From positions 44,578,001 through 44,642,000 of the forward strand of contig NC_043007.1 of NCBI RefSeq assembly GCF_006345805.1: DNA of 64,000 bases, given 5' to 3'. The notes beneath the pieces are model-generated. The model saw nothing but the letters and a program-made list of their open reading frames with translations. It was not told where the DNA came from and made no database searches. The DNA is from Octopus sinensis (lineage: Eukaryota). Within the stretch, counting starts at the first letter, position 1; each line of letters opens with the position of its first letter. Made by a program: the position numbers and the translations under genes. Of the stretch, positions 46,673 to 61,122 are shown piece by piece.

Positions 46673-48344
46673 TATGCATCTCTACTCCACAACTCATCTA
46701 ACACCATTTCTTCCCTCCACCCATGCTCCCCTCCCCTTCCCCTTTATCTCTCATTCTCCTTTCAAATTCTCATGAACTTATCTGCTCACAATTTGTCCCC
46801 AATGAGTCTCTCTCTCTCTGGCAACTCATCCTTTCTAGCCCCTCATCCCTACCATCTACTACACTCCTTTTGCACTCCTGTGAACTTACTTGCCCATTCA
46901 CCCTACCCAGTCCTCTGTACCACTACACTTATATACTCTTCCACCTTGCATCCTAGGGGTGCATCCCAATACATCTGCTTCACCATCTTCTCTCTCTCCT
47001 TCCCACTTTCTCACCTTTGCTCTCCTCTGTCCCCCCTCCCCACCCCATCTCCTCTCTCCTCTTCTCTCTCTCCTCATCTTTCTCCTCATCTCTCATCACC
47101 TCCTCTCTCTCACCTTCCCTCTCTCTTTTCCCTTTCTAACCGAGGTAGCATTGTCCTTTACAGCATTATGGCCTCTATTATGCTCTAACTTTTTACCCCT
47201 TGACATAAACCACATCTTTCTACACTACTCTCCCCTCAGTCGAGGGATCTTGTCCTGTATTTAATTTACTTGGTGACCTCACTGAAGCTGGTGCCACATA
47301 AAAAACCACCCACTATCTAGCTATAGAAACCATGCTAAAACAGTCAATAGAGTTTGATGCAGTCTCCTGTCTCCAACTTCTGTTGAAAGGTCCAATTCAT
47401 GTCAGTATGAAAACAGAAGTTAGCTGATGACAATGATGATGATGATGAGGATGAGGATGAGGATGATAATGATTCCATAGTGCTAAATCAATGAAATTGT
47501 AATACTGCATTACGTAGATCACAGTGGTACATTTTGCAGATCATTACACGGATCATACCTCAAGGTCATGTAGGTCAATGATATGTTGATCATAGCATTA
47601 TGTAGATCAGTTATATTGATACATTTTGTAGAGAATAATTCTATTCAGTGTAGTTCACAGTGCTACAGTATGCAGGCCATATGTATATATTATATAGTTA
47701 TGTTATGTAGGTCATACTGTGACACTATATAAGTCATATTGCTTTATAATGTCTGTCATACTGCTACACTGGATAGTCTACTACCCAGGGGAGTTGCCTT
47801 TATTTAGAGGATAGTAAAGAAAGAATATACAAATAACAACAATGAAATAGTGAACAGAAGAGAGAGAGGGGGGGGGAGAGATTGAGTGCTTCTGTATAAA
47901 GAATATATGAATTAATAAAAAAAATGCTCTTATCTGTTATACCTTAGCATATCAATATTGCAGTATTGTGTGTGTGTGTGCGCGTGTGTGTGTTATGCTT
48001 CAAATTTGAGATTAATTACAGATTTAGGATATCCGTATCAACACTAATTCTGTAATAATTTTATCTGTGACAATTTTATCTTGAAACAATTGTTAACTTT
48101 GAAACTAAAACATTTTTTGATAATTTTTATAGGAAATCAAATAATGCAGAAGTATTAAATTTTGCTTTTTTATTCTTTTCTATTTTTTGTTTTTGATACT
48201 TTATCTTCTATGTTTTATCTTCTACATGTTTTGGTTGTTGGACTGTTGCTATGCTGGGGTTCTCCGCCTTGAGGAATTTTTAGTCGAATGAATCGACCCG
48301 GTACTTAACTTTTAAATTTTAAGCCTCTTACTTATTCTGTTGTT

Positions 48345-48746
48345 CTCTTTTGCCAAACTGCTTTTGTGATCATGTAAAAAGCACCATTTGAGTGTGATCG
48401 TTACCTGCGTCACCTTACTGGCACTTGTGCTGGTGGCACATGAAAAAACATTCAAATGAGGTCGTTGCCAGTGCCGCTGGACTGGCTCCTGTGCAGGTGG
48501 CTCATAAAAAACGCCATTTGAGCGTGGCCGCTGCCAATACCATCTGACTGGCCCTCGTGCCTGTGGAATGTAAAAAGCACCCACTACACTCTCGGAGTGG
48601 TTGGCGTTAGGAAGGGCATCCAGCCGTAGAAATTCTGCCAGATCAGATTGGAGTCTGGTGCAGCCATCTGGTTTGCCAGACCTCAGTCAAATCATCCAAC
48701 CCATGCTAGCGTGGAAAGCGGATGTTAAACGATGATGATGATGATG
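48345..48746 (+). mobile_element. RTE LINE 3' end
   Basis: Same subfamily as 4993-5420; (GAT)n tail at 48731-48746. Confidence 0.75.
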
Positions 48747-48749
48747 TGT

Positions 48750-49422
48750 ATGCTGTAGTCTGCGATTTTTGTCATGGATAGGAAGTTGAAACAAAGAGCC
48801 AATGTGAAAATTTGCATAAAACTTGGGAAGTCTGCTACAGAGACATTGAGCATGCTTCAATAAGCTTATAGCAATGAGGCAATGGGTATTACACAATGTT
48901 TTGAGTGGCACAGGTGCTTCAAAAGTGGAAGAATGTCCTGCCATGAGCATCACCTACTAGAAATGAGGAGAAAATTCATCAGCTTGTGCATGAGAATCTT
49001 TGGGGTACAATCAACGCCAATGCTGATGTTGAAGGTCTGTTGTATGAGCTTATACAGGCAGTCCTAATATTTGCATTGAACATGTGGCATCACCAAGCTC
49101 TCCCCACTTGTGAGTTCCTTACCAAAGACAGCATGGTATCACTTCCACACTCACCCTATTCACCAGTAGACTTACATCTCTTTCCCAAGATGAAAATGCA
49201 GCTCAAAGGTTGCCATTTTAATACCATTGTTGAGTTCAAGAGTGAATCACAGAAGATCCTTGGAAAATGACTTCCAGGCTAGTTTCCAAAAGTAGCAGGA
49301 ATGGCTGGAACTGGTGTATTCATGCACTAGGTGACTATTTTGAAGGAGATGATGTTTGCACTAAGCAAAATAGCTATTTTTAATAAACATAACTAGTCCG
49401 GGAACTTTTTGATGCCACCTCA
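48750..49422 (+). mobile_element. mariner transposase remnant with 3' TIR
   Basis: ICIKLGKSATETLSML, CFEWHRCFKSGR, HSPYSPVDLHLFPKMK; end ccgggaactttttgatgccacctca|TA. Confidence 0.8.
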
Positions 49423-50027
49423 TATAGCATATCATATTTATTACATGGGTAATAATATTTTGAACCAAGACATTACAACTGTATCTGATTGTTCAAGTAC
49501 TTTAATTCCGAGTATGTACATATATTTCCTCAGTTGCTGACATTTATCAATGTTTTCACCTATTATTATGATGGACCATTTCCTAGCAGTAAAAAAAACT
49601 GTCAGCATTGTTGACGATATAAATATGCTGGCTATCATAAAATTCAATTGTTTGGTCTTGTTACTTAGACTCAGTAATCACAAATTTACTTCGTGCAATC
49701 TTAAAATTATTTATTGCATAGAAATCATAATAATTTTGACTGAAATTTATTCGTTTTTGAAGAAAAACAGAGCAAAACAAAAGAATAAAAATGGGTAAAT
49801 TTCTTTTGATGAATTGTTACAATTGAAACAAGTTTTGTTAAATATGTTTTAGATTACTTGAGATAATAAACTAATAGTTTTAAAAGAGAACATTACCTAT
49901 GGATACCCATGTACACATATACAAAAACGTCTATACATGCATATATATGTAATATACATACATACTTACATGCAGACACACACACATATACACATACTCT
50001 TTTACTTGTTTCAGTCATTAGTCTGTG

Positions 50028-50077
<50 letters not shown>

Positions 50078-50113
50078 CATGCATACATACATTTATATAT
50101 ATATACACATATA

Positions 50114-50161
<48 letters not shown>

Positions 50162-50263
50162 AGAGTAAACACATAAATGTGAAACAAGGTGGAAAAAAGA
50201 GTACTCAAATACCAGTGGTAGAGTAATATGCTTTATTTTAAGCAGCAGAAAATTCAACAAAAT

Positions 50264-50301
50264 CTGTTACTCTGAGTTTCTCGTTGCCGTTCATCAGACA
50301 G
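50264..50301 (-). ncRNA. Minimal hammerhead motif, canonical core
   Basis: Minus strand: ctgt CTGATGA acg-gcaa-cga GAAA ctcagagt a acag; one mismatch at the base of helix II. Confidence 0.6.
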
Positions 50302-50413
50302 TTTTTGCTAGAATGGAACCTGCATGGGGATCACAGCTAAAATTTCATTTGAATGTGATTTGATTTGATTTGATTTTGATGTTGATGTACTTTACTCAAT
50401 AGGTCTCTTCAAG

Positions 50414-50454
<41 letters not shown>

Positions 50455-50512
50455 TATATATATATACACATACATATACATACATGCATACATACATACA
50501 TACATACATACA

Positions 50513-50545
<33 letters not shown>

Positions 50546-51174
50546 GGTGAGAGAGAGTGGGGGACAGAAAGATAGACAGATGTAGATATAGATATATACA
50601 TACACACACATATATATATGCATACATACATAAATATGTATATCCATAAATAACATACATATGCATGCATACATAAACAACACACATAAGCAAGCATACA
50701 AATATACACACATATATACAGAAACATACACACACATATGCATAAATTTCCAGTGATAACAATATGCATACAAATGTACATAAATTCATACATACATACA
50801 TACATACACACATACATACCTACATACATACATACATACATACATACATACATACATACATACATACATACATACATACATACATACATACATACATACA
50901 TACATACATACATACATACATACATAAATAGAGAGATGCAACAAACGCAGTAAAATGTGACAACCAATGCAGACTTTGTTGAGTTCACACTGAAGATTTC
51001 ATCCACATCATAAACGATTGTCTGAAAATGTCATCACAGTATTATCTACCAATGAAACATGATGTTGTAGCTAGGACACTCTATAATGAAATCCGCCAGA
51101 AGGATAACCCCAAGGAGAAAGAAATAAGAACCCACAGTATGGCAGAAACCATAGCTGCTGCCACCACCACCACC

Positions 51175-54010
51175 ATTATTATCATTTAACGTCCGTTTTC
51201 CATGCTGGCATGGGTTGGACAGTTCGACTGGGGTATGGAAAGCCAGGAGGCTATACCAGGCACAAGTCTAATCTGGCAGTGTTTCTACAGCTGGATGCCC
51301 TTCCTAATGCCAACCACTCCGAGAGTATGGTGGGTATTTTTACGTGCCACCGGTGCAGGGACCAGAAGTGGCTGGCATTGACCATGAACAGATGGTACTT
51401 TTTACGTGCCACTGGCAGAGGAGCCAGTCAAGGCGGTGCTGGCATTGGCCATGTTTGGATGGTGCTTTTTATGTGCCACCTGCATGGGGATCACAGCTAA
51501 AATTTTCACTTGAATGTGATTTGATTTGATTTGATTTTGATGTTGATGTACTTTACTCAATAGGTCTCCTCAAGCACAGCAAGTTGCCCTACAATCCTTT
51601 GAGTTGTCTGGTTATGTGAAACTGGTGTAGGTTATAGCTGTGATCTCACTTTATTTGCTGGGTCTTCTCAGTCACAGGATATCTCCAGAGGTTTCTGTCT
51701 TTCGTCATTTCCTCTGTGAGGCCCAACATTCAAAGGTCATGCTTGACCACCTCATCCCAAGTCTTCCTGGGTCTCCCTCTACCCAAGAATCCTTCCACTC
51801 TTTGGGAGTGGCACTTCTTCACACAGCTCTCCTCATCCATCCATAGTACATGACCATACCAAAGCAGACATCTCTCTTGCATGCCACATCCAATGCTTCT
51901 TATGTCCAATATTTCTCTCAGGGTGCTTACACTCTGTCGTGTATGCACACTGACATTACTTATCCAGCGGATTATGCTAGCTTCATTTCTTTTGAGCCTA
52001 CACATGTCTTCAGCAGTCACAGGCCATCTTTCACTGCCATGAAGCATGGCAGTTTGTACACATGTATCATACAATCTACCTTTCACTCTGAACAAGAGGC
52101 CCTTTGTCACCAGTAGGTGTAGAAGCAATCTGAACATTGCCCAGGCAATTCTTATTCTAGTGGTAATGCTCTCTGAGCATCCACCCCAACTACTAGGTAG
52201 TTCTGGTAGTGATTCTGCTATGTGGGTAAGGTCATCAGCATAGAGGCGCTCCCAGAGGCAACCTGTCTTGAATTCCTCTCTTTTTGTTTGGAGGACTATG
52301 ATGAATAAGAGGGCGCTTGGTGGGCCCCTGCTTCTACCTGGAATTCTTCACTATTCTCATTGCCAACTCTAACCTTACTAACAGCATCTCTGTATAGGGC
52401 TGGTACAACCCTTATTAACCATTTGTCAATCCACAGCTTTCGCATCGCCCACCAGATAAAGGATCGGGGGACCCTGACAAAGGCTTTCTCCAGGTCCACA
52501 AAAGTATAGGGGTTTATCTTTGGCTAGGTATTTCTCCTGCAGTTACTGTACCAGGAATATAGAATCAGTGGTGCTTGTATCTGGCACAAAACCAAACTGC
52601 ATCTCATCTAAGCAGACTCTCTCCCTAATTAGTTGGGCTATGACTCTCTCCGTGACCTTCATCACCTGATCCAGCAGTTTGATACCCCTGTAGTTATTTC
52701 TATCTAAAGCATCACCTTTACCCTTGTAGCAGTTGACTATGGTCATGAACTGCAATACGGGTGACTAGGCCATAGCTCACACCACCAGATGTCTTAAGCA
52801 TCTCAGCAGTGATTCCTGATGGGCTAGGGGCTTTTCCTGGTTTCATACCTTTAATTGCTTTATCTACCTGGGTGCTGTCTATTTGGATAACTGGGTCAGC
52901 ATTTGGCAGGCTCTCCTCCTCCCATTCATTCTCCACGTTTAGCAGTCTTTCATAATGCCATCTCCAAGCCTCTTTCTTTGCAGAATCATTAAAAGCAAGT
53001 GCACCATCATCCATGCGGATGCATTTCTCTCCTGTGACATCACAATTTTGTCTCACACACTGTCTTGCAATCCAAAATACTTCAGCTTTTTGGTCTTCAT
53101 GTCACTGGACATTAGCAAACCTCTTCTTTTCTGCATCTCCCTTGTCCCCCAGCCTCCCTTCTGGCTATCTGGTACAGTTCTCTGCTATCCCAACTTTTCC
53201 AGGCTTTCCAGGTCTGTTTCTTTGCTCTAATGGCTTTGTCTACTGTATTGTTCCATCACCATGATACTCTAGGTCTGGAAGGGACTTTGCACAATCTGCA
53301 GACTTGGTCTGTGGCACTCAGTAAGCTGTCCTGTAGGAATTTCAAGCAACCCTCTATGTCTGAGGTCTGTAGCTCCTCCTTCTCATCAAATTTCTTGATG
53401 AGGATATCCCTAAATCTCTGACCATGTGAAGGGTTCTTTAGTTTCCAAATCCTTCTTTTCTGGATGGGTCTGCATCTTGACATCCTTCTGGCCTCGAGTC
53501 TAAAGTCACTAATGACTAGTCTATGCTGGGGGGTACATTCTTCACCCAGGAGGGTCTTTGTATTTAAGAGCAACCTTGCGTCCTGCTGTCTGGTGAGGAT
53601 GAAATCGATCTGGCTACTAGAGTCACTTGATAGATAGGTTATCAGGTGGCTGCCTGGCTTCCTGAAGTTAGTGTTGCAGATTAAAAGATTACATGCATCA
53701 CAGAACTCCAGTAGCCTGGTTCCTTCTTCGTTTTGGGAACCAATACCATGACCCCTGTGTACCCCAGTGAAGATAACGGATTGCTGTCCAACATGCCCAT
53801 TAAAATCTCCAGCTGCAAAGATGAGGTCATTGCCACTCATCTTTGAGATAGCCTGTAGAAGGGTATCATAAAAATGGTCTTTCTGATCATTTGGTAGGCC
53901 CACTTGTGGGGCATAGACAGAGATAATTGTTGCTATACTGTTCTGCAGGACTAGCCTGAGATTAAGCACTCTATCACATACCCTGACAACCTCTATGACC
54001 TTATCCACCC
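51175..54010 (-). mobile_element. RTE LINE with APE, RT (internal deletions), 3' UTR and tail
   Basis: 53256-54008 APE (SVYAPQ, AGDFNGHVG, SQIDFIL, HRLV); RT pieces 52296-52755 and YADD at ~52235; C-terminus 51730-52137. Confidence 0.92.
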
Positions 54011-54039
54011 AAAAAGAGTACTGGTGGAATGTCCCAGTG

Positions 54040-54415
54040 AAAGCTTTGATAAAATGTTAATACAATAGACCTGACATAATGTTTTTGGATAGAGAAGAGA
54101 AACTATGGACAGTTGTGAAAATTAACTGCCCAGTGGATGTTAATATAGAGCTGAGGATAAGTGAAAAAGAGAATACCTAGGCTGAACTAGAGAAATCTGC
54201 AGTTACTCTACCCAGATTACAAGTTCAGGTTTATACCTGTAATTATTGGATCACTTGGGTATGTAAAACACTGCCTAAATGCAAATCTTGTGAAATTAGG
54301 CTTCTCAAAACCAGAAAGGAGAAAGCTGGTTTGAAGACTACAGATCCAAGCCATCACTGGAACTGTAAAAATCTGTAAAACTTTTCAGAAGTTTATCATT
54401 TAAGTATATATGAAC
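54040..54415 (+). mobile_element. R4/Dong-type (restriction-like endonuclease) LINE 3' fragment
   Basis: NRPDIMFLDREEKLWTVVKINCPVDVNI...EKEN and IGSLGYV...LQIQAITGTVKICKTF, with stops. Confidence 0.7.
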
Positions 54416-55345
54416 ATGTCTAGATACACAAGTATATGCATGAGAAGACATACATAAAACAAAACAGACAAATCTGCATGTATACACATATATAAAAATA
54501 CCCTGTTGTTGATATTGAAATTCCAAAGAAGGAGCCTTAGATCTAGATTAAAAAGTGGTTCTTTCTCTATTAGCAAGAAATATTGAAATAAAACTGAATA
54601 ATCACACACACACAGACACATGCACATACATATACACACACATGCATACATGCACGCATGCATACGTACATACATACATGATGGCTACCCCCTCATTGTT
54701 GAGTATGGCCATTGCACGAAGCTTAACTGTTATTGGTGCTGTGATTGAATGTGACTTTTATTTGCTTTTTAAGGCTACAGCCAGCCATTCAGTTGAGACT
54801 CACAGCACCATCAACAATCATGAACAATGTTGTTATCGTGCAATGCCTGTGCAAGAAGATTTTTTTAAAGTGAGGAAAGGCTGTGCACTGAGTCAATCCC
54901 ACTCATTAAGCAACAGTAGCCATAATCCGAAAAGAAGAACAAGTCAACATCATCGGTAACCACTGAGCCGCAGGTTTTATGTCGGAGTTATCCCAGTTAC
55001 CTGAGTTACCTTCTCCTAGAAGGATGCCCTAACAAAGGCTAGGAGTCCTTCACTCTCAATGGTTTAACTACGTGATCGGGGGTATTCAGTCTGATTATTT
55101 CTATGTCTCCGCGCATGATACAGCCTTAAGCCTTAAGAGAAAAAGAAAAAAAATACACATTTATTGGATGGCCATTGACTCTCAAGAGTTCCTCTGTCCT
55201 TTGACGGGTTTTGTTTTTCATCCCGCAGGGTGTCTAATAAACACCCTCCTCACCAAGCAAGCTTGGTGGGGTTGCCAGTTTAGTCACCAATGGCCTGACC
55301 ACGCAACAGGTTGTACTGGGTTACATGTTACCAGTAGTACATACA

Positions 55346-55379
<34 letters not shown>

Positions 55380-57347
55380 CATACATATGCACAGATATAA
55401 TAAATGCCTAGGAGATAATCTGGAAATGTGAAAAATAAAATCTGTAAGTGAAACAGTAAAGGTGTGCAAGACATTTCTTATTTCTCGAGTTCAACATATG
55501 ATATTGTTTTTATTACCTACATTTCGATGATGGGGCTTTGTATATTTGTTAGAAACCAATTCTTTCCTTACAGAAAGACTTCAAATAACTAAACACAGAA
55601 GCAGACAGTCATACATACTGCTGGCATGTGACTTATATTACCCATTACAACTGAGCAGAACTAATATTAGCTCTGAAAATTATGCAGGTAACCCATGACT
55701 CATGGTGAAAATGTATCTAGCCTATAGTGTAAAGTATTAAGTGGCAGAAAAATATCCATTATTATGAATTGTGTACACACACATACACACAAAATGAGAG
55801 AAAAACCTGATATACTGAAAAATAGAGCTTATCAAATTTTACTGTTGTTGTACATATGTCAAATAACATATATTATTGACTATATCCAATTCACTATTCC
55901 AAATTTATATAATCCAAAAATTAGTCATTTTCGTGATTGTGCCATAAAAAAAAAATATATACTTGAATATTATTACATTATTTTATTGTTATTCACAGTT
56001 TGCTTTCTACTTTTCTATTACTGTTTCACTGCCATTTTACTAAATTCTTCTCTGTACTTTCAATTTGCTTTCTACTTTTATGTAATTTTATATCATGGCA
56101 ATTTGATGAAAGTCTTTCCAGTGCCTTCAGTTTACTTTCAAATTTTTAGCTTTACATATTTCGATAACTTTGGATGATGAGGGAGACTATATATGGTCAC
56201 ATAATCTGTTAGAAGTAGCAAACAAATCTACCTCAAATCACATTTTATTTTCTAAAAGGAACCATTGAAGAATATAGACAGTACAGTGCAGTGATTGAAG
56301 AGAAAGAAAGAAGGAAAAAATGACTGGTCATGGAATGATTCTGTTTATTGGTCTGCTCATTCAGGTTTCATCTTGGGACTACTACAACACCTAATGCATT
56401 CCAACTGGGTCTTGTATTTTCTAAAATGGCTGTTGTATGCCAGCACTGAAAATTTACATATTAGTAAGGGAACCTTCATGTGGTTACTCACTCTACTAGA
56501 AATAACTACCAAATTTTCCTCCAATCACATTCTACTATTTTAAATAAAGATGGATATACTGGACAAAGCACTCCCTGATAAACCAAAAGACAAAATAGTT
56601 ATGGCTGGAATACCTTTGATAGGTCTCCTCTATCAGGATTGGCTTGGAGTTAAACAACAATGGACACATGGGAGATCTTGTCATTGGTTTCAAATTTTGG
56701 TACAATACCAGCAATTTCAGGACAGGGGTGAGTTGATTACATCAACCCCAGTGCTCAACTGGTACTTATTTTACCAACCCTAAAAGGATAAAAGGCATAA
56801 GACATAATACGCTATTAAGAATTTTCCCTGGCTTGCTAACAATTCTGCCACCTTGCTGTCCCTAGAGAATCTTGTCATTAAGACCATAGAGTTCTTGTTT
56901 TTTATTAAAATTCCATCCACATGCTAGATGTGAATGGAATTATAATTAGAATGTAGGTCCCAAGACTTGACTGGTGCCATATCTATCTTGAGAGGATTTA
57001 AGGCAAAATTAATTGCTGCATGATTCAAACACAGATTATTCATAACAATGATATTTATACTAATTTCTAATGTATACTAATGTCTATGTATGTTGGCTGA
57101 ATATGGTTTAGTTTAGAAAAACTGGTTAAAAAAATTTTAACAGATTTTTAACAGTACTGGGTTGAACAAGAATAAAAAGTGATGGGAGGAATCAATTACA
57201 TAAAATACTTGAACATCAAAAGAAGATTTTGATCTCAGACAGTCATGGGTAAATTGTGGCCTGTGGGGCTTATTGGGATGGCACATCTGATAAAAAATTA
57301 ACTTCAGTTATTTAGTTGTGTGGCCTACAGGCCTGTTTCTTGTAAAA

Positions 57348-57738
57348 GGCATAGGAGTGGCTGTGTGGTAAGTAGCTTACTTACCAACCACATGGTTCCA
57401 GGTTCAGTCCCACTGCATGGCACCTTGGGCAAGTGTCTTCTACTATAGCCTCGGGCCAACCAAAGCCTTGTGAGTGGATTTGGTAGATGGAAACTGAAAG
57501 AAGCCCATCGTATATATATGTATATACATATATATATGTTTGTGTATCAGTGTTTGTCCCCCCAACATCGCTTGACAATCGATGGTGGTGTGTTTATATT
57601 CCCGTAACTTAGCAGTTTGGCAAAAGAGACCAATAGAATAAGTACTCGGCTTACAAACAATAAGTCATGGGGTTGATTTGCTCGACTAAAGGCAGTGCTC
57701 CAGCATGGCCACAGTCAAATGACTGAAACATGTAAAAG
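57348..57738 (+). mobile_element. CORE-type SINE, full length
   Basis: ggcataggagtggctgtgtggtaagtagc head, gcaccttgggcaagtgtcttc core, 3' gactgaaacatgtaaaagagtaa. Confidence 0.8.
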
Positions 57739-59330
57739 AGTAATGCCTGATCTATGCATCCCAGATTCAATCTTACAACACAGCACCTTGGGTATCTGTC
57801 TTCTACCATTGCAAACTTCATGCATTAGAATACAGCAGTCCTCAACAAATTAACAAATTAGAAGTGTCATCATCGTCGTCGTAGTCGTCGTCGTCGTCAT
57901 CGTCGTCGTCGTCTTCGTCGTCATCATCGTCATCATAATCATCATCATAATCATAATCATTTAACATCCATTTTCTGTGGCTTGGATGGTGTGACTGGAA
58001 CTGATAAAACCAGGGGCCACACTAGGCTCCATTGTCTATTCTAGCATGGTTTCTATGGCTAGATGTCTTCCTAATGCCAGCCATTCCACAGAGTGTACCG
58101 TGTGCTTTTTATGTGGCACCAGCACCAGAACAATTGCTTTTACTGTGGAACTAGCATGAGTACTTTTTATGTGGCACCAGCATAGGTATCAATTCTGCTG
58201 TGGTGGGCATGTCTTCTTGAGTACAACAAGGTGGCAGATGTCTTGGTAGTTAGATGTAAAAAAAAAAAGATTATCTACAAATCTGATGGTGGTGAGTAAA
58301 TTAAAATGCAGGAAGCAGATCTAAAAGAAGACATTTGTGTCAAAAAAAAACTGTTACATATCTTGGAGTCATATATTTTGTGAACTCTTAAAAAAAGGAA
58401 AGAAGAAAAAACAAGACGGAAGTTTCATTGTGTAAACATGACATGCAGACACTCTGATAAATGTTAGCAGACATAGTAAATTATGGTCCCAGCAAATGGC
58501 TTTGTTTTGTGAAAGGATGCCACAGGCAAAGTAAATGAAATTTTTTTTTATAACATCATCAACACGTAATTTATTTGTGAACTTGCCTACCCAGCTCATG
58601 TGTCTTGTTATGTGTAATAACTCTCACAAATATAGAAACACCTCCTGTATTAATGGTAAGTTAGTAAACTGACAGATGAGGCATCTTACCAGGAAACATT
58701 TTGCCCAATCCTTGGTTTTCTAGAGATTGTAACACCTTGGAATTTATTTGCTAACTTCAATAACATGACACCAGACATTTCTTAACACTCAACTCCATTA
58801 ACATTGAGCAGAGAGTTCAAGATGACCCTCAAACAACATCAATAACACCAGTCTTGGAGGACCAGCAATTAACACACATGCACACACATGTATACACACA
58901 CACACACACACACAAACACATACACACACATGTGCAAACACACATACACACACATGTGCACACACACATACACACACATGCACATGCATGTGCACACACA
59001 CACACACACACGTGCGTGTGCACGTGTGAAGGAATGCCAAAGGCAAGATGAAATAGACTTTTTGCTATAATATTAAGCAAAGCAGTGCTCCTTCATGGCC
59101 GCATTCTAATGACTGAAACAAGATAGAGGTAAAGCAATATATGTACATACATGCATGCATACATACATATATACATGTGAGTGTGTGTGTATGTGTGTAT
59201 ATATATATGCATATATGTATGCATGTGTGTATATATATATACATATATACAGTACATAGGTGTATGTAACCATGCATGGATTGTTGGTGATTTTTCCTTA
59301 TTTTTCCTTCTTTCTCTTTGGACTTTCCTC

Positions 59331-59363
59331 TTTCCGACAAAGAGCTATGCTTGAAGTGTTAAC
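59331..59363 (+). ncRNA. Decayed hammerhead motif (relative of 15268)
   Basis: ttt CCGACAA a gagc-tat-gctt GAAG tgtt aac. Confidence 0.35.
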
Positions 59364-59479
59364 ATCTCTCTCCTTTCACTTGGTGTAAAATTAATATATT
59401 GCTTGTGCACGTCATCACATTCGTATTTTATTCTTTTTTTCTGTTTTTTTTTAAAATTTTGTTCTTTGAATTGACTGAT

Positions 59480-59758
59480 GATTATGATATATATATCCAT
59501 CCACACATGGTTGATGCCAGATCTGCCTGATTGGCACCCATGCTGGTGGCACCTAAAAAGCACCATCTGAAAATGGTTGATGCCAGTCACTCCTGACTGA
59601 CTCCTGTGCCAGTGGCATGTAAAAAGCACCCACTACACTCTTGGAGTGGTTGGCATCAAGAAGGGCATCCAGCTGTAGAAACATTGCCAGAACACAGTCA
59701 AACCGTCCAACGTATGCCAGCATGGAAAACGGACATTAAAGGATGATGATGATGATGA

Positions 59759-59762
<4 letters not shown>
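59480..59762 (+). mobile_element. RTE LINE 3' end
   Basis: Two to three internal units, gaagggcatccagctgtagaaac box, (GAT)n. Confidence 0.7.
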
Positions 59763-59804
<42 letters not shown>

Positions 59805-60104
59805 TATATTATATATATATATATATGTATGTATGTATATATGTATGTACCTATGTATGTATGTATGTATGTATGTATGTATGTATGTATGTATGTTTGT
59901 GTAATACTGTCCCACAGAATCAAATTACTTCTCATAATTCCTGCCTCTTTCCTCCATCACTCCTGCAGCCTACCCAACTTTGTCATCTGTCTGTCTTTCT
60001 GACTCTGTCTGTCTATTTTTCTGTCTCTCTCTATCCCCACTCTCACTCTCTTCTCTATCACTTCGTCTCTGCTATCTCTTCACAGTTCCGGTTGCACTCA
60101 GGCT

Positions 60105-60452
60105 GCTAATTTGACTCAAAATGCCATTCAAAAGCTTGATTGGGAAGTTCTGTCACACACATCATATTCTTCTGATATAGTCCCATCAGATTATTACCGT
60201 TTCCAGTTGCTCATCAACAATCTTCAAGGAATTTTGTTCAGTAACACCATAGAACTGGAAACATGGTTTGAGGAATTCTTTGAGCCAAGACCCAATAATT
60301 TCTACCATTAAGGCATTGACAAGCTAGAGAAACATTGGCAAAATCTTGTGAACAATGGAGAAGGATATATTATTGATGAATTTGCTAAAATTGTTGATGA
60401 AAAATAAGGATTAAAATAGACGGAAGGAAAATGAATGAATTTATTTGACAAC
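60105..60452 (+). mobile_element. mariner transposase C-terminal remnant
   Basis: LDWEVLSHTSYSSDIVPSDYYRF...FYH*GIDKLEKHWQ. Confidence 0.75.
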
Positions 60453-60604
60453 CTTATCGTCCAACCCATGCTAGCATGGAAAGCGGACGCTAAACGATGA
60501 TAATATATAGTCAAATCAAATAAACTAACTTTAGAAATAACAATAACAAGCAATAAGAGGATGTGTCCATGGAATGTATTAGTTTGAGGCTTGGTAAGAA
60601 AAAA

Positions 60605-60633
60605 GAGTTTTGAGCATAGCTCTTCATCAGAGT
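60605..60633 (-). ncRNA. Decayed hammerhead motif
   Basis: Minus strand: CTGATGA a gagc-tat-gctc AAAA (G12A). Confidence 0.35.
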
Positions 60634-60713
60634 CCAAAGAAGGAAAAACCCAACTACAGCATGTGTGTAGTTGCATTGCTGTACACACACACATACACTT
60701 GCATACATATATA

Positions 60714-60760
<47 letters not shown>

Positions 60761-60990
60761 ATATATACATACATGCTCATATGGGTACAGGACGTCACCA
60801 GTGGTTAAAATAACATGAAATACGTAAACAAATGAGGAAAAAACGAGTAAAATACTTATTCAACAAGAAAAAATAGAAAACAGGGCAAGTAAAGACAGAG
60901 AAAAAACACTTCATCAGTTGTCGGCTACCTATCTACTCCTCATTTTGAGCATTCATATATATATATATGTCTCTGTGTGTATATATATAT

Positions 60991-61025
<35 letters not shown>

Positions 61026-61122
61026 ACGGGAAGGTTCACGAAAATAAACAAAAGATGAAGGCAGGTGGAGTACAAACAAACAATTGTATTAGTATGGCGC
61101 TCAGGAATAGAAATAAAACAAG

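Noticed and set aside
46160-46830. ~170 bp diverged direct repeats around a SINE as LTRs
   Set aside because: No TG...CA ends, primer-binding site or internal coding; more likely an old local duplication.
50392-51006. 204 aa MYVC-repeat ORF and similar YI/HT-rich ORFs throughout
   Set aside because: Translations of (TACA)n, (TA)n and (CA)n microsatellites.
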